Virus record (IMG/VR): IMGVR_UViG_3300042868_009121
Location: 52,145-116,144 of that record
Strand: one strand, 5' to 3'
Source of the DNA: a virus
DNA: 64,000 nucleotides
Shown: positions 1 through 9,212 of the stretch, in pieces
How the letters are laid out: each line of letters opens with the position of its first letter
Numbering within the stretch: position 1 is the first letter of the stretch
Position numbers and translations under genes: made by a program
The notes under the pieces: model-generated
Databases searched by the model: none
Told to the model about the DNA's origin: nothing
The model's input: only the letters and a program-made list of their open reading frames with translations

Positions 1-136
1 CAACTAGTACAGGATACTTTAAAGATTTTGAAAATACAGTAATATACTCTTTATGGAACAATCTCACTGTATCTTGTGCCTTTAATGACACACTAAGGAA
101 AAGAACTATCGTTGTGGATAATAATGTTCTAAACAT
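1..136 (-). CDS. Probable secreted DNA/RNA non-specific endonuclease, N-terminal part (runs off window)
   Basis: Not in ORF track. Manual translation from ATG at 136 gives MFRTLLSTTIVLFLSVSLKAQDTVRLFHKEYITVFSKSLKYPVLV: signal peptide followed by a segment resembling NucA-like endonuclease N-termini. ATATTTAT motif at 145-152. Confidence 0.45.
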   Translation of the reverse strand, partial: MFRTLLSTTIVLFLSVSLKAQDTVRLFHKEYITVFSKSLKYPVLV

Positions 137-306
137 TCTTTATTATAAATATCTTTTGTCCTCATATACCTTTTAGGTGTAAAAGTATACGAATGCTTAG
201 GCCTATTCTTTTTTTCCCACTCTGCATATTGATCTTCTTTAAGCCAGTGATCTGTTTGTTTTTTCATTGTTTTAAGTAATAAGTCCCGTCTTTGTTCGTA
301 CGTCAT
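106..306 (-). CDS. Hypothetical protein
   Basis: 66-aa ORF directly downstream of a TATATTTG element. Confidence 0.55.
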   Translation of the reverse strand: MTYEQRRDLLLKTMKKQTDHWLKEDQYAEWEKKNRPKHSYTFTPKRYMRTKDIYNKECLEHYYPQR

Positions 307-310
307 ATAT

Positions 311-318
311 CAAATATA
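311..318 (-). promoter_or_regulatory. Bacteroidota-type -7 promoter element (TATATTTG)
   Basis: Matches TAnnTTTG, 4 nt upstream of ATG at 306. The same octamer occurs at 14143-14150 and 17216-17223. Confidence 0.5.
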
Positions 319-387
319 AGCAAATTTTATTATCGTATGATAAAAATGTTTATAGTAATAGTGTATTAGGTTGATATTTATTTATAT

Positions 388-636
388 ATGATGTTAGTAG
401 AAGAAATACCGTGGTTGCACTTTGTAAAACTAAATCACATTAGAAAAATGTCTTTAAATGAGCAGGTTAGTGCTTATAGACAACATCTTTGTGATATTGA
501 ACAGATACGAATGTGTGGAGGAAAATCAAAAACTAAAGTAATTGGAAATATAGGTTATCTTCAACAAGAAGATTTAAATTATATTTTACAAGAAGACGGA
601 TCAAAAATATTTGTAACAGGAATAAAAGAAGTATAA
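388..636 (+). CDS. Hypothetical, possibly virion-associated
   Basis: C-terminal YLQQED..ILQEDGSKI motif resembles phage structural accessory proteins; ATATTTAT at 374-381. Confidence 0.55.
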   Translation: MMLVEEIPWLHFVKLNHIRKMSLNEQVSAYRQHLCDIEQIRMCGGKSKTKVIGNIGYLQQEDLNYILQEDGSKIFVTGIKEV

Positions 637-637
637 A

Positions 638-1285
638 ATGCCAGATTTACCAATATCAGGATTACCAGCAGCAAATTTACCTTTAGATGGAACAGAATTA
701 TTTGCGACAGTTCAAGGAGGAATAACTAAATACTCAACATTAAATTCAGTAAACTATATTCCTGGTAATAGCTATGGATTATATGCTCAAATAGTAAATA
801 GCACTCCTGTAACTGCTACAACATCAGAATTATCTTTAATAAATAGTACTGATGGTATAGGTACATTAACTGTTCCTGCTAATGGTTTTAGAGTCGGAGA
901 TAGTTTTAGAGCGGATTTTGGTGGTCAGTTTTCTTCTAAGAATAATGATACTATAAGAATTAGAGTTAAAACAGGAAATGTAATCTTAGCAGATAGTGGA
1001 GTACAAACTATGTCAGCAGCAGTTGATGACATTTGGCAACTCTCTATTAATTTTACAATTAGAGAACTTGGAGCAGCAGGAGTAGCAGATATTGTTTCAC
1101 TTGGTGTATTTCATACTACAAAACAATCTAACGGTGCTCCGCAAGGATTTGCTTTTAATACTATTAATAATACAACATTTAGTACTACAGTAACAAATGT
1201 TTTAGATGTTACAGCTCAGTTTAGTTCAAATAGTCCTTTAAATTCAATATTTACAGACATATTCGTATTGAATAAAATCTATTAA
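638..1285 (+). CDS. Putative virion structural/accessory protein
   Basis: N-terminus MPDLPISGLPAA resembles fibre/decoration anchor peptides; beta-rich; convergent with thyA. Confidence 0.55.
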   Translation: MPDLPISGLPAANLPLDGTELFATVQGGITKYSTLNSVNYIPGNSYGLYAQIVNSTPVTATTSELSLINSTDGIGTLTVPANGFRVGDSFRADFGGQFSSKNNDTIRIRVKTGNVILADSGVQTMSAAVDDIWQLSINFTIRELGAAGVADIVSLGVFHTTKQSNGAPQGFAFNTINNTTFSTTVTNVLDVTAQFSSNSPLNSIFTDIFVLNKIY

Positions 1286-2358
1286 TTACTTAAGGGAGCT
1301 TTTATTTTTGAATGCGATTGATAATTTATTAACTCAAAACAATCTGGTCTGTAACTTAGTATTTTTTCGCTAAATGTTTTTTCTCCAAGATGTTCTTTAA
1401 CTGCTTCATGCATATACCAATTCCTTTCAGTTATTTGAACTTTAGGTAATTCATATGGAGTTCTAGTAATTTGTTCTTTAGCTTGTTCAATATGGTTATT
1501 ATACAAATGAACGTCACCTAAATTACCAATTAAATCTTCAGGCACCATGTTTACTTCTTTAGCAATAATCTCAAGTAGTAGTGCATATGAAGCAATATTG
1601 AATGGTAGACCAAGGAATGTATCTACTGAACGTTGATTCCACATTAGAGAGATTGCTCTTCTTGGAATGTTTCGTTGTTCTAAACGATTTATAGCTACAT
1701 TATGTAAACCATCTGGCGGCCAGTCGTATTTGGCAATGCTATACCTTTCTTTTAAACTCAACTTTCTCGTATAAACTTGAAAACCATAATGACAAGGCGG
1801 AAGTACCATTTGATTTAATTCACCTACATTCCAAGCACTAACCATTAATCTTCTACTATCTGGATTTATTTTGAGTTCTGAGATTAGGTTTGCGATTTGG
1901 TCTACGTGTTCAGTACCTTTATAGAATACGCTTCTACTATTCCAGTTTCTCCATTGCTTACCATAGATTGGTCCTAACTCCCCCCACTGTTTAGCAAACT
2001 CATCATCTGTTTTTATTTTTTCTACAAATGCTTCTTCCTTTGTAACAAACGGACCCCAATCAATTTCGCCGTTATATTTTTCATAGTTCTTAATTGCATC
2101 ACCATTCCAAATATGACAACCATTATCAACAAGGTATTTGATATTAGTATCACCTCTTAGGAACCATAGTAACTCTGTTACCATAGTTTTCCACGCCATC
2201 TTTTTTGTAGTTAGCAATGGAAAGCCTTCTTTCATATTGTGCCTAATTTGCCAACCAAAGATTGATTTAGTGCCTGTACCTGTACGGTCTTTCTTATCTA
2301 TACCAAAATGTAAGATATGTTCTAATATTTCTTTATACTGACGGTCTATATTATTCAT
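1282..2358 (-). CDS. thyA: Thymidylate synthase
   Basis: DRTGTGT, ELLWF, LPPCH, QRSVDTFLGLPFN (Asn177-equivalent, dUMP specific), HLYNNH. Confidence 0.97.
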   Translation of the reverse strand: MNNIDRQYKEILEHILHFGIDKKDRTGTGTKSIFGWQIRHNMKEGFPLLTTKKMAWKTMVTELLWFLRGDTNIKYLVDNGCHIWNGDAIKNYEKYNGEIDWGPFVTKEEAFVEKIKTDDEFAKQWGELGPIYGKQWRNWNSRSVFYKGTEHVDQIANLISELKINPDSRRLMVSAWNVGELNQMVLPPCHYGFQVYTRKLSLKERYSIAKYDWPPDGLHNVAINRLEQRNIPRRAISLMWNQRSVDTFLGLPFNIASYALLLEIIAKEVNMVPEDLIGNLGDVHLYNNHIEQAKEQITRTPYELPKVQITERNWYMHEAVKEHLGEKTFSEKILSYRPDCFELINYQSHSKIKAPLSN

Positions 2359-2681
2359 TATTCAGTCATTGATAAGCGCTTATTAAATTCAGATGCTGCT
2401 GCATAGTTTTCATCTTCTAACATCTCAAGAGCAATATAATAGCGATTTAATTGAGTTTCATATACAAATAATTCACTTTTAATACTATCTGCAAAATTTT
2501 CTGCTTGTAATACTCTAGTTTGTAAACTATCACAAATTGATTGAACTTCTTTTAGTTGCTTTTGTGAAGATGATGTAAAATAAACTTGAATAAATAGCAT
2601 TGCCATAGCTACTATGACAGCCGTAGTTAAAACCTTTACCATATTTAATTGTTTAGTATATTTCGTCGTAGATGTTTTCAT
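2358..2681 (-). CDS. Membrane-anchored coiled-coil protein
   Basis: N-terminal hydrophobic helix followed by a heptad-like region. Confidence 0.55.
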   Translation of the reverse strand: MKTSTTKYTKQLNMVKVLTTAVIVAMAMLFIQVYFTSSSQKQLKEVQSICDSLQTRVLQAENFADSIKSELFVYETQLNRYYIALEMLEDENYAAASEFNKRLSMTE

Positions 2682-2844
2682 CGGCCATCTCCCTACCTGC
2701 TACTCTATTTACAGCTTCTCTTTCATCTAAAAAATCTTCTCCTTTATAATCTGGGTGTTTTTTCTTCATATAGTCAATACCTCCTACCCACAGCCATACA
2801 AGTGCTGCTAATAGAGTGAAAGCGATAGCATAAATTATAAACAT
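2653..2844 (-). CDS. Small membrane protein
   Basis: N-terminal TM helix, HPDYKGEDFL tail. Confidence 0.6.
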   Translation of the reverse strand: MFIIYAIAFTLLAALVWLWVGGIDYMKKKHPDYKGEDFLDEREAVNRVAGREMADENIYDEIY

Positions 2845-2855
2845 AGTATATTATT

Positions 2856-3431
2856 TTAGTCCCACCAGGTTCTAAGATCTGATCCATCCCAATCTTTGTA
2901 TTCCTTATACTTCTTTCCATGGATGATCTCGCAAAACTCTTTCCACTCTTTTTGCTCTAACCTATGAGCTTCTTTATATACTTTTCTTTGATGATCTTTC
3001 TCTTCAGGAGTGTCATCATCAGCTAGCATATAAAAGTCTTCATTTCCTGTTTCTATAAATCTGAGTGGTTTATAGTTAATTTGTCCGTGAATTTTTTCCG
3101 CCATCATGATATAGTTTGAATCAACTATGTTATCAATAATTTGACAGAGCCTCCTCATTTTTATTATCTTTTTATCACTGGACTCTTTAACTTCATAACC
3201 TTTTGTTTCCATTCCGTTAGCCTGTATTTCTACAGACTTTCTCAGCATCATTAGAGTAAAGCTATGATCCCACCATCTATGAGACCACAACTCACGGCGA
3301 AACCTCCATACGTTCTTAAAGAACTCAGGAAGTTGTTTCACTATGGTATTATAAGTCCTATAAATAAGACTAGACTCCCACGTTAACCTCTTCAGACTTT
3401 GAAAAAAGGAATTTTTTGCTTTGACTTCCAT
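2856..3431 (-). CDS. Hypothetical phage protein
   Basis: 191-aa ORF with Trp-rich motifs and C-terminal WWD; ATATTTAT upstream. Confidence 0.7.
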   Translation of the reverse strand: MEVKAKNSFFQSLKRLTWESSLIYRTYNTIVKQLPEFFKNVWRFRRELWSHRWWDHSFTLMMLRKSVEIQANGMETKGYEVKESSDKKIIKMRRLCQIIDNIVDSNYIMMAEKIHGQINYKPLRFIETGNEDFYMLADDDTPEEKDHQRKVYKEAHRLEQKEWKEFCEIIHGKKYKEYKDWDGSDLRTWWD

Positions 3432-3482
3432 AACCTTTCTTTTGATAAATATATAATAATAAAATTAAAGAAAAAAATATTT

Positions 3483-3977
3483 TTATAAAGCTATTTTTGG
3501 CATAGGTTTAAGGTTTTGAGTAACTGTTCCCTTTAACTCTTTCATGTATTCATAGAGCTCTAATGTTGTACCATTAAAAGATTCCATGATAGAATCTAAC
3601 TCTTCTTCAGATACTTTAAATTCTTTCTTGAAGTCTTTCTTCATGTTTTTAATTATCTCTGTTTCTTCTTTTAGGAAGTCTTCATGAAGCTTTTTGTATC
3701 TGGCTCTAAATAAACTTATCTTGTCTAATTTTTCTTCGTAACTCTTTAAATGCTGAGTAGCGTCTTCAAGTAAATAGTTTTCGTGTTCTGCCTGATAATA
3801 GTAGTCAGATGTTTCATAATCACCATTAAGTATCTTCTCATAAAGAGTGCGATAAGGATGCAGGGTTTGCCTTTGTTGATAGCGTCTCCACCAAACAAAT
3901 TGATTGTAAGTTTTTCTTGACAATTGAGAGAGTCTTTTTTCAATATGCTCTCTCTCCATTTTAGTTTCGAATATCAT
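3483..3977 (-). CDS. Hypothetical phage protein
   Basis: 164-aa ORF in operon orientation, GTTATG start. Confidence 0.7.
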   Translation of the reverse strand: MIFETKMEREHIEKRLSQLSRKTYNQFVWWRRYQQRQTLHPYRTLYEKILNGDYETSDYYYQAEHENYLLEDATQHLKSYEEKLDKISLFRARYKKLHEDFLKEETEIIKNMKKDFKKEFKVSEEELDSIMESFNGTTLELYEYMKELKGTVTQNLKPMPKIAL

Positions 3978-3994
3978 AACCTTTATTTTTTTGT

Positions 3995-4642
3995 TTAGTT
4001 GAACATGTCGTAATGCCTAGGATAAACGTGTAGATTTGTAATAAACCAATGCATTTGACCTACTGGATAGCCTGTCTTTTCTGAAACTAATTCCATTAGT
4101 TTAGCAAATGTGTATTGGTCGTTACAGAAACCAAACACAAGATCAATGGATCTAGCAAAGACTGTAAGATGTAGTTTATCGTTTTTGATATAGAAATTAA
4201 GTACGTCATTACAAGGTGTATCATATTTGTATCTATCTATTTCGTGTAGAATATAATGTACAACAATTGCTCGACGTGTTTCTTTATTTCTTTTTAGTTC
4301 GCTAATAACTTTGTTAAGTTGTTCATTATAATTCCAGAAGTATCCGTAATTAGAGTTTACCTCTGTAGTATATGGTATCATCATTTGGTTCCATATCTTA
4401 GCACGTTCTGCAATTTGTTTAGCATCTCTATCTCCTTTAACATACCATTCCCATTCATATTCTGCATAATCTTGGTTAAACTTACGTCTAGGAGTTGTAA
4501 TTACTTTATCTGCTGGATTATCGACTGTAAAAGAAACATTGAACTTAGCTTTAGTATTAGCAAAGTCTTCACCTGTATCTATGATATAATGAAATAAGTT
4601 TTCAAATGCACTAGTAGGGGTCGAATAAATTTTATTGTCCAT
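3995..4642 (-). CDS. Thymidylate synthase homolog, dCMP-specific (dCMP hydroxymethylase/T4 gp42-like)
   Basis: EWEWY, VNSNYG, catalytic PC, RSIDLVFGFCND with Asp at the E. coli Asn177 position (cf. T4 gp42 RSNDVVFGFRND), NLHVY. Confidence 0.85.
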   Translation of the reverse strand: MDNKIYSTPTSAFENLFHYIIDTGEDFANTKAKFNVSFTVDNPADKVITTPRRKFNQDYAEYEWEWYVKGDRDAKQIAERAKIWNQMMIPYTTEVNSNYGYFWNYNEQLNKVISELKRNKETRRAIVVHYILHEIDRYKYDTPCNDVLNFYIKNDKLHLTVFARSIDLVFGFCNDQYTFAKLMELVSEKTGYPVGQMHWFITNLHVYPRHYDMFN

Positions 4643-5099
4643 ATTGTTCTACTTGTATAAATTGTGATAAAAAGTCTATGCCTTGAGTATTTCGATATAC
4701 ATTCAAATATACAACTTTTTTTATTCCTGATTGCAAAATAAGTTTAGAGCAGTCTAAACAAGGACTAAGTGTTAAGTACAAAGTGGAACCATCTACAGAG
4801 TTGCCTGTTTTTGCTGCTTTAAGAATGGCATTAACTTCTGCATGGATAACATGGGGCAGAGTGACATCATCTTTCTCACAAGTGTTGTCCATACCTGCAG
4901 GAGTGCCATTATATCCAAATGATATTATATTGCCATCTTTAACTAAAACTGCGCCGACTTTTGATCGAACGCAGTGTGACAGAGTAGAAGTTTCCTTAGC
5001 TATGTTAATAAATACTCTGTTTAGTATTTTTTGCTTAAAGTCCTGTAGAACCGAATCCACCTGAGCCTCTTTGTGTATTTCTGTTTGGTAATTCATCAA
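4632..5099 (-). CDS. dCMP deaminase (start uncertain)
   Basis: GYNGTP, HAE, LSPCLDC zinc motifs. Confidence 0.92.
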   Translation of the reverse strand: MMNYQTEIHKEAQVDSVLQDFKQKILNRVFINIAKETSTLSHCVRSKVGAVLVKDGNIISFGYNGTPAGMDNTCEKDDVTLPHVIHAEVNAILKAAKTGNSVDGSTLYLTLSPCLDCSKLILQSGIKKVVYLNVYRNTQGIDFLSQFIQVEQYGQ

Positions 5100-5487
5100 C
5101 TTCTAATATATCTAGGTAACCAACTGGAATTAAAACGAACTGAACTAATTTTTGTCCTGTAACAATAGTTTGATCTTTATCAGATGTATTAATCATGTGG
5201 AGATGAACTTCTCCTTCATAGTCTTCATCTACTACGCAAGCACCTACTGATAGTCCTTGCTTAACAGCTACACCTGATTTATTAAATGCTACTAGAGCAT
5301 AGCCTCTAGGAACTTGTACTCTAACACCTGATGGGATCAATACTGATTCACCTGGCTTTAGTATTGTAGTTTCAAAATCCTCAGGTACATAAAAATCAAT
5401 TCCTGCTGATGCTTCTGTGCCCCTATTTGGGGTCTTTACGTTTCGTAACTTTTGTATCTTCATTTTGAACATTGTTTTGATAATCAT
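5035..5487 (-). CDS. dut: Trimeric dUTPase (true start probably 5472 or 5463)
   Basis: AGID, NKSG, VDEDYEGE, RGSGGFGSTG motifs. Confidence 0.95.
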   Translation of the reverse strand: MIIKTMFKMKIQKLRNVKTPNRGTEASAGIDFYVPEDFETTILKPGESVLIPSGVRVQVPRGYALVAFNKSGVAVKQGLSVGACVVDEDYEGEVHLHMINTSDKDQTIVTGQKLVQFVLIPVGYLDILEVDELPNRNTQRGSGGFGSTGL

Positions 5488-5728
5488 TTAGTGAAGCAAT
5501 ATACGCAACACAATCTAATAAATTGTCTTCTTTATGGTTGTAAGCTTGTCTTGATAACTTTAATGCAATCATTGCGTTATACATATCAACTGCAGTTAGT
5601 TCTTTACGACTTAATAACGATGCAATTTTAGCTGCTTCTTGCATACCTTCTTGCATTGGCCCATATTGACGGGCTTTCTCTTCAGATCTCTTGTAGATAA
5701 TCTCGTTTGCTTGTTCTAGTATATTCAT
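5423..5728 (-). CDS. DUF6378-like all-alpha nucleotide-modification-associated protein
   Basis: ILEQA..I..R..QYG, LKLSR, HKEDNLLD..AY pattern. Confidence 0.7.
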   Translation of the reverse strand: MNILEQANEIIYKRSEEKARQYGPMQEGMQEAAKIASLLSRKELTAVDMYNAMIALKLSRQAYNHKEDNLLDCVAYIASLNDYQNNVQNEDTKVTKRKDPK

Positions 5729-5764
5729 GGAATAAATATAAAACAGAATTAATAAATGGTAAAA

Positions 5765-6652
5765 CTATTCTCCTAAGTACTTAATAATATCAGACTTATC
5801 ACCCCACTCTCTTTGAGAGTCTACATCACTTGGTTTAATTGTAGGCTTAGGCATATTTCTAGCAACATTCCAGAACCAATTTCCAGAGTGACCATAACGT
5901 TTCATATAATCCCAACCTTTTGCATCATAGGTTTTGATACAATCAAATGGAGTATCGATGTCACAATCTTTAAGGAACTCTTTATGATACGCATAAAATT
6001 TAGCTCTACCTAATTCACCTGGTTGCACATTTCTTGCAACTGCTACTGCATTAAATTTAGTATCTGGAAGTGCAATCTGAAGCGTTCTAGATAATACGCC
6101 TGTTGAGAATACACTCCACAATTCATCTATATTTTTATCTTTAAATGCTTCATGAAATATCTTAACTCCGCCTGCTACAACTTGTTCATGTTTAAGACCG
6201 AATGGTAAATATTTTGCACCGATCTTTTTTGCAAAATCTTTTGCCCAACCATTAATAGTAGGCATAGCAGGAGTTTTCAAGAATATAGGAGTCGCTCCAT
6301 CTTCAATAACACGTAGTTGATGCTCAGATGCTTCTTTAGATGCTGGCATAAATAGTATCAACTTTTTATTATACTTTTTAGCAAGATATGTTAATGAGTA
6401 TGGAGCGTACCCTGTTCTAGGTGCAACATAAACTAAAGCATCTTCTTTTACTTGACTAATCATAAAGTCTCCCATCTTTGCCTTACTACCATATTGAAAC
6501 TCACCATCATCGATTATATTAAAACCTTCTGCTTGTTTTAATTTAAATTCAAAATCTGGTTTGTAGTTTTTCGTCATTTCAAGATAGTAGTTTAAATCTC
6601 TACCATCTGACATGTCTAAGTTAGATTGATCTGTTGCTTTGTTTATGAACAT
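5765..6652 (-). CDS. PLP-dependent enzyme, fold type II (TrpB/cysteine synthase/ACC deaminase superfamily)
   Basis: GSK (candidate Schiff-base Lys), YVAPRTGYAPYSL..LAKKY, STGVLSR phosphate loop, TYDAK, WNVA. Confidence 0.75.
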   Translation of the reverse strand: MFINKATDQSNLDMSDGRDLNYYLEMTKNYKPDFEFKLKQAEGFNIIDDGEFQYGSKAKMGDFMISQVKEDALVYVAPRTGYAPYSLTYLAKKYNKKLILFMPASKEASEHQLRVIEDGATPIFLKTPAMPTINGWAKDFAKKIGAKYLPFGLKHEQVVAGGVKIFHEAFKDKNIDELWSVFSTGVLSRTLQIALPDTKFNAVAVARNVQPGELGRAKFYAYHKEFLKDCDIDTPFDCIKTYDAKGWDYMKRYGHSGNWFWNVARNMPKPTIKPSDVDSQREWGDKSDIIKYLGE

Positions 6653-6654
6653 TT

Positions 6655-7341
6655 TTATTTCTTTTCTTGAAGTTCTTTACTTAAATTACTAACCGGAACT
6701 GGTGTTCCTACAGGATATGGGAATCCTTCTTTAGCTGCAGTAATAGACGTCATTCCTGTTTTAACCGGAATAGCTTTACGTAGTGGAACTGCTGCTTCAT
6801 TAAGTGGACCGTATACTTTTGCCAATACAATACCTGTAGATGTTGTATCAAAGATAATTCCTGGCATAGCAAACATATTACTTTCACTTGTACTTGGATT
6901 ATCAAGGTTTATAACAAATGCACGATTTACTGGAGGTAGTAATTCCCACTCTTTAGTTTCAGGATTAAACTGAGGTACTACCGTTGTTGAATCAAAATAC
7001 CAGAATAGAGACCATGCTGTACCATTAGTTCCATCAGGAGTTTGAAAGTTTTCAGCTACATTGAATTTTCCATAAGTTCCACTAATGCCTTCCATTGCTA
7101 AATTAGAAATAGATGGTCCGTCTAATACAGGGCATATTGCACATCCTTCATCATATTCAACTCCTTGAACGATAATCTTTTTTCCAGTAGGAATTGCTCC
7201 AGATGCACCGCAAAAAGCAAAAGATCCTTCGTGTACCTTTACTATTTTATCAAATTTAAGATCTTCAACTATCTCAGTGTTTGTCTTACAACTAACTAAC
7301 ATTACTAGTAGACTAACTACCATGAGTGCGCTTTTTTTCAT
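6655..7341 (-). CDS. Lipoprotein of unknown function
   Basis: Lipobox LVSC after a signal peptide; additional Cys in FAFCG and CAICP. Confidence 0.7.
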   Translation of the reverse strand: MKKSALMVVSLLVMLVSCKTNTEIVEDLKFDKIVKVHEGSFAFCGASGAIPTGKKIIVQGVEYDEGCAICPVLDGPSISNLAMEGISGTYGKFNVAENFQTPDGTNGTAWSLFWYFDSTTVVPQFNPETKEWELLPPVNRAFVINLDNPSTSESNMFAMPGIIFDTTSTGIVLAKVYGPLNEAAVPLRKAIPVKTGMTSITAAKEGFPYPVGTPVPVSNLSKELQEKK

Positions 7342-7352
7342 TTTTTTGTTTT

Positions 7353-8396
7353 TTATTTTAATTTAATTGCGAAGTCATAATACTTGTCATGACCCCATGT
7401 TTGTTTAAGAATTGAATTATTTTTCATTCTATGACCATTATTTTTTATAATATGATCTTCAGACTGATATTCTTGGAAATAACGAACCACGTCGCATGCT
7501 CTACTATCTTCACAATCAATTGGATTCAAGTTATACCTATTAGACAAGAATTGTAGTACTTCATTAATATACTCGAACTCTTTTACTTTAGGACTAACTT
7601 TAGGAAAAATAGCTTTAATACAACGAACTGCGTTTGTTCCTGCATATACCCAACCTTTAGGATTTACCATATTAGGAAAATATTCACCTAAGTCAGCAGC
7701 AAATGCAGTCAATACAAAGTTTTGTTTTTTAAATCCAACACTATTAAGATATTCATTACCAATATCTGTTACTTGATAGATATCTAATCTTTTAGTAGTA
7801 ACAGCTTCATAAATATGTCTAACTAAACCTTCTGAGTGTTCAAGAATAAAACGTCTTAAGTGTCCTCTAGTCTCGCCTTCAAAAGTGAATTGTGGAAGTA
7901 AGTATCCTTTATTATCTGTAAAAGGCGTGATGCGGTTTCTAAGGTCTTCTTTCCATTCTGGCCATGTATATCTTTCTTTTAATATAGAATCTACAATCCA
8001 GAAATTACCGAAACCATGCGTACCCAGGATGTCCTTGATATGATCTGTTTTATATCTAGGTACGTAATTAATACCAGAACCACTTAGTCTAAATAAATAG
8101 AATAGCATAAACCAATCAAACTCATCTTTTATATCATGATGTGTAAAGTGATTACCCATTCCTCTTAAGTCTTTTTCTTTATACCATACGGCTTCAGTAA
8201 AAGCGCAGAATGCTGCAAATCTACGATGCGCAGTATCATAAATAGGCACATGATAAATTAAATCGTCATTAACATCTGCAAGTAAGTCTCCATCATAAGG
8301 AAGCTTAAGACTACCATGTTGTTGCATTAATAAACTACGTTTATCGTATTCATCTAATGCTTCAAGGAGTTTTTCGTTTATAATAAATTTAGTCAT
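7353..8396 (-). CDS. aGPT-PPlase1 / amino-acid:DNA transferase (ADDT)-like HhH-fold DNA-modifying enzyme
   Basis: YDTAHRR, FVLTAFAADL, VYAGTNAVRCI (GPGAxRGL-equivalent), DCEDSRACDVVRY (E..LCE..KY-equivalent); context next to TS homolog and PLP enzyme. Confidence 0.7.
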   Translation of the reverse strand: MTKFIINEKLLEALDEYDKRSLLMQQHGSLKLPYDGDLLADVNDDLIYHVPIYDTAHRRFAAFCAFTEAVWYKEKDLRGMGNHFTHHDIKDEFDWFMLFYLFRLSGSGINYVPRYKTDHIKDILGTHGFGNFWIVDSILKERYTWPEWKEDLRNRITPFTDNKGYLLPQFTFEGETRGHLRRFILEHSEGLVRHIYEAVTTKRLDIYQVTDIGNEYLNSVGFKKQNFVLTAFAADLGEYFPNMVNPKGWVYAGTNAVRCIKAIFPKVSPKVKEFEYINEVLQFLSNRYNLNPIDCEDSRACDVVRYFQEYQSEDHIIKNNGHRMKNNSILKQTWGHDKYYDFAIKLK

Positions 8397-8422
8397 ATAT
8401 AAATGTATAAAAATTATGTTTA

Positions 8423-9103
8423 TTAATCAAATCTATCTTTGCAGTGATCAAAATGCCATCGCTGCATAGCATTGTATTGACCTATTTTTTTACAATATGG
8501 ACACTCCACTTTTTTCCTATCTTTAGCTGATTCTGACATTTTAATTTTAGCTTCTTCTGATTTAGGTTTGCGCATCTTACTTATAGTATTTTTAGAGTGT
8601 TTTTTACCAAATCTCCAGTTTTTTTCTCCTATTCTAGAATTTGATATATTCAATCTATGAGATTCAGAAAAAATCTTACCAGTATTAGGTCCTGGTTTGC
8701 CTATTTTAGCTTTTGACAGTTTCTTTTTATGATCTTCAGATAAAATTTTGCCTTTATGAGAGATAGATATTTTTAATTTAGTTTCATAACTTACAACTTT
8801 TTCTCTCATTTTATTTTTACAATACTCATATACTCTAGAACTTGGTTTATATCTATTTCCTTTCTCTGTAGGTATTATAGACATCATAGAAAAAGCATAA
8901 AATAGACTAGGATTATCAGGATATATTTCATGTAGTAACCAATGACATAAAAAATGTTCTCTTGCAGTAAGCTCTACTATATTATCTTTATCATTACAAC
9001 CTCCAATACATTTAGGTATTATATGATGCTTTTCTTTATATCCTTCTACAATTCTATTTTTAGCTCTGTATATAATTTGATCATATATTTTTTTATAATT
9101 CAT
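8423..9103 (-). mobile_element. Free-standing HNH homing endonuclease with NUMOD3-like repeats and C-terminal Zn finger
   Basis: EKHHIIPKC..GG..N..LTAREHFLCHWLL; SEDHKKKLS/HSKNT repeats; CPYC..RWHFDHC. Confidence 0.9.
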
Positions 9104-9212
9104 AAAAAAGAAAATGGTCCAAAAAACAGAGGAGCTACTACCTTCCTAAGTTTAAAGGACCAATAAGTTTATTATAGAATGTTGGTAGTAGCAACTTTCT
9201 GTCTATAATAAA
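9104..9212 (-). ncRNA. Candidate structured leader: two hairpins with complementary (kissing) loops
   Basis: Stems 9202-9212/9168-9178 and 9157-9162/9115-9120; loops CUACUAC (9185-9191) and GUAGUAG (9135-9141) are perfect complements. Confidence 0.6.

Noticed and set aside
3995-4642. dUMP hydroxymethylase / 5hmU (thymidine hypermodification) interpretation
   Set aside because: The specificity residue is Asp rather than Asn, and a canonical ThyA is present, which favours a dCMP substrate
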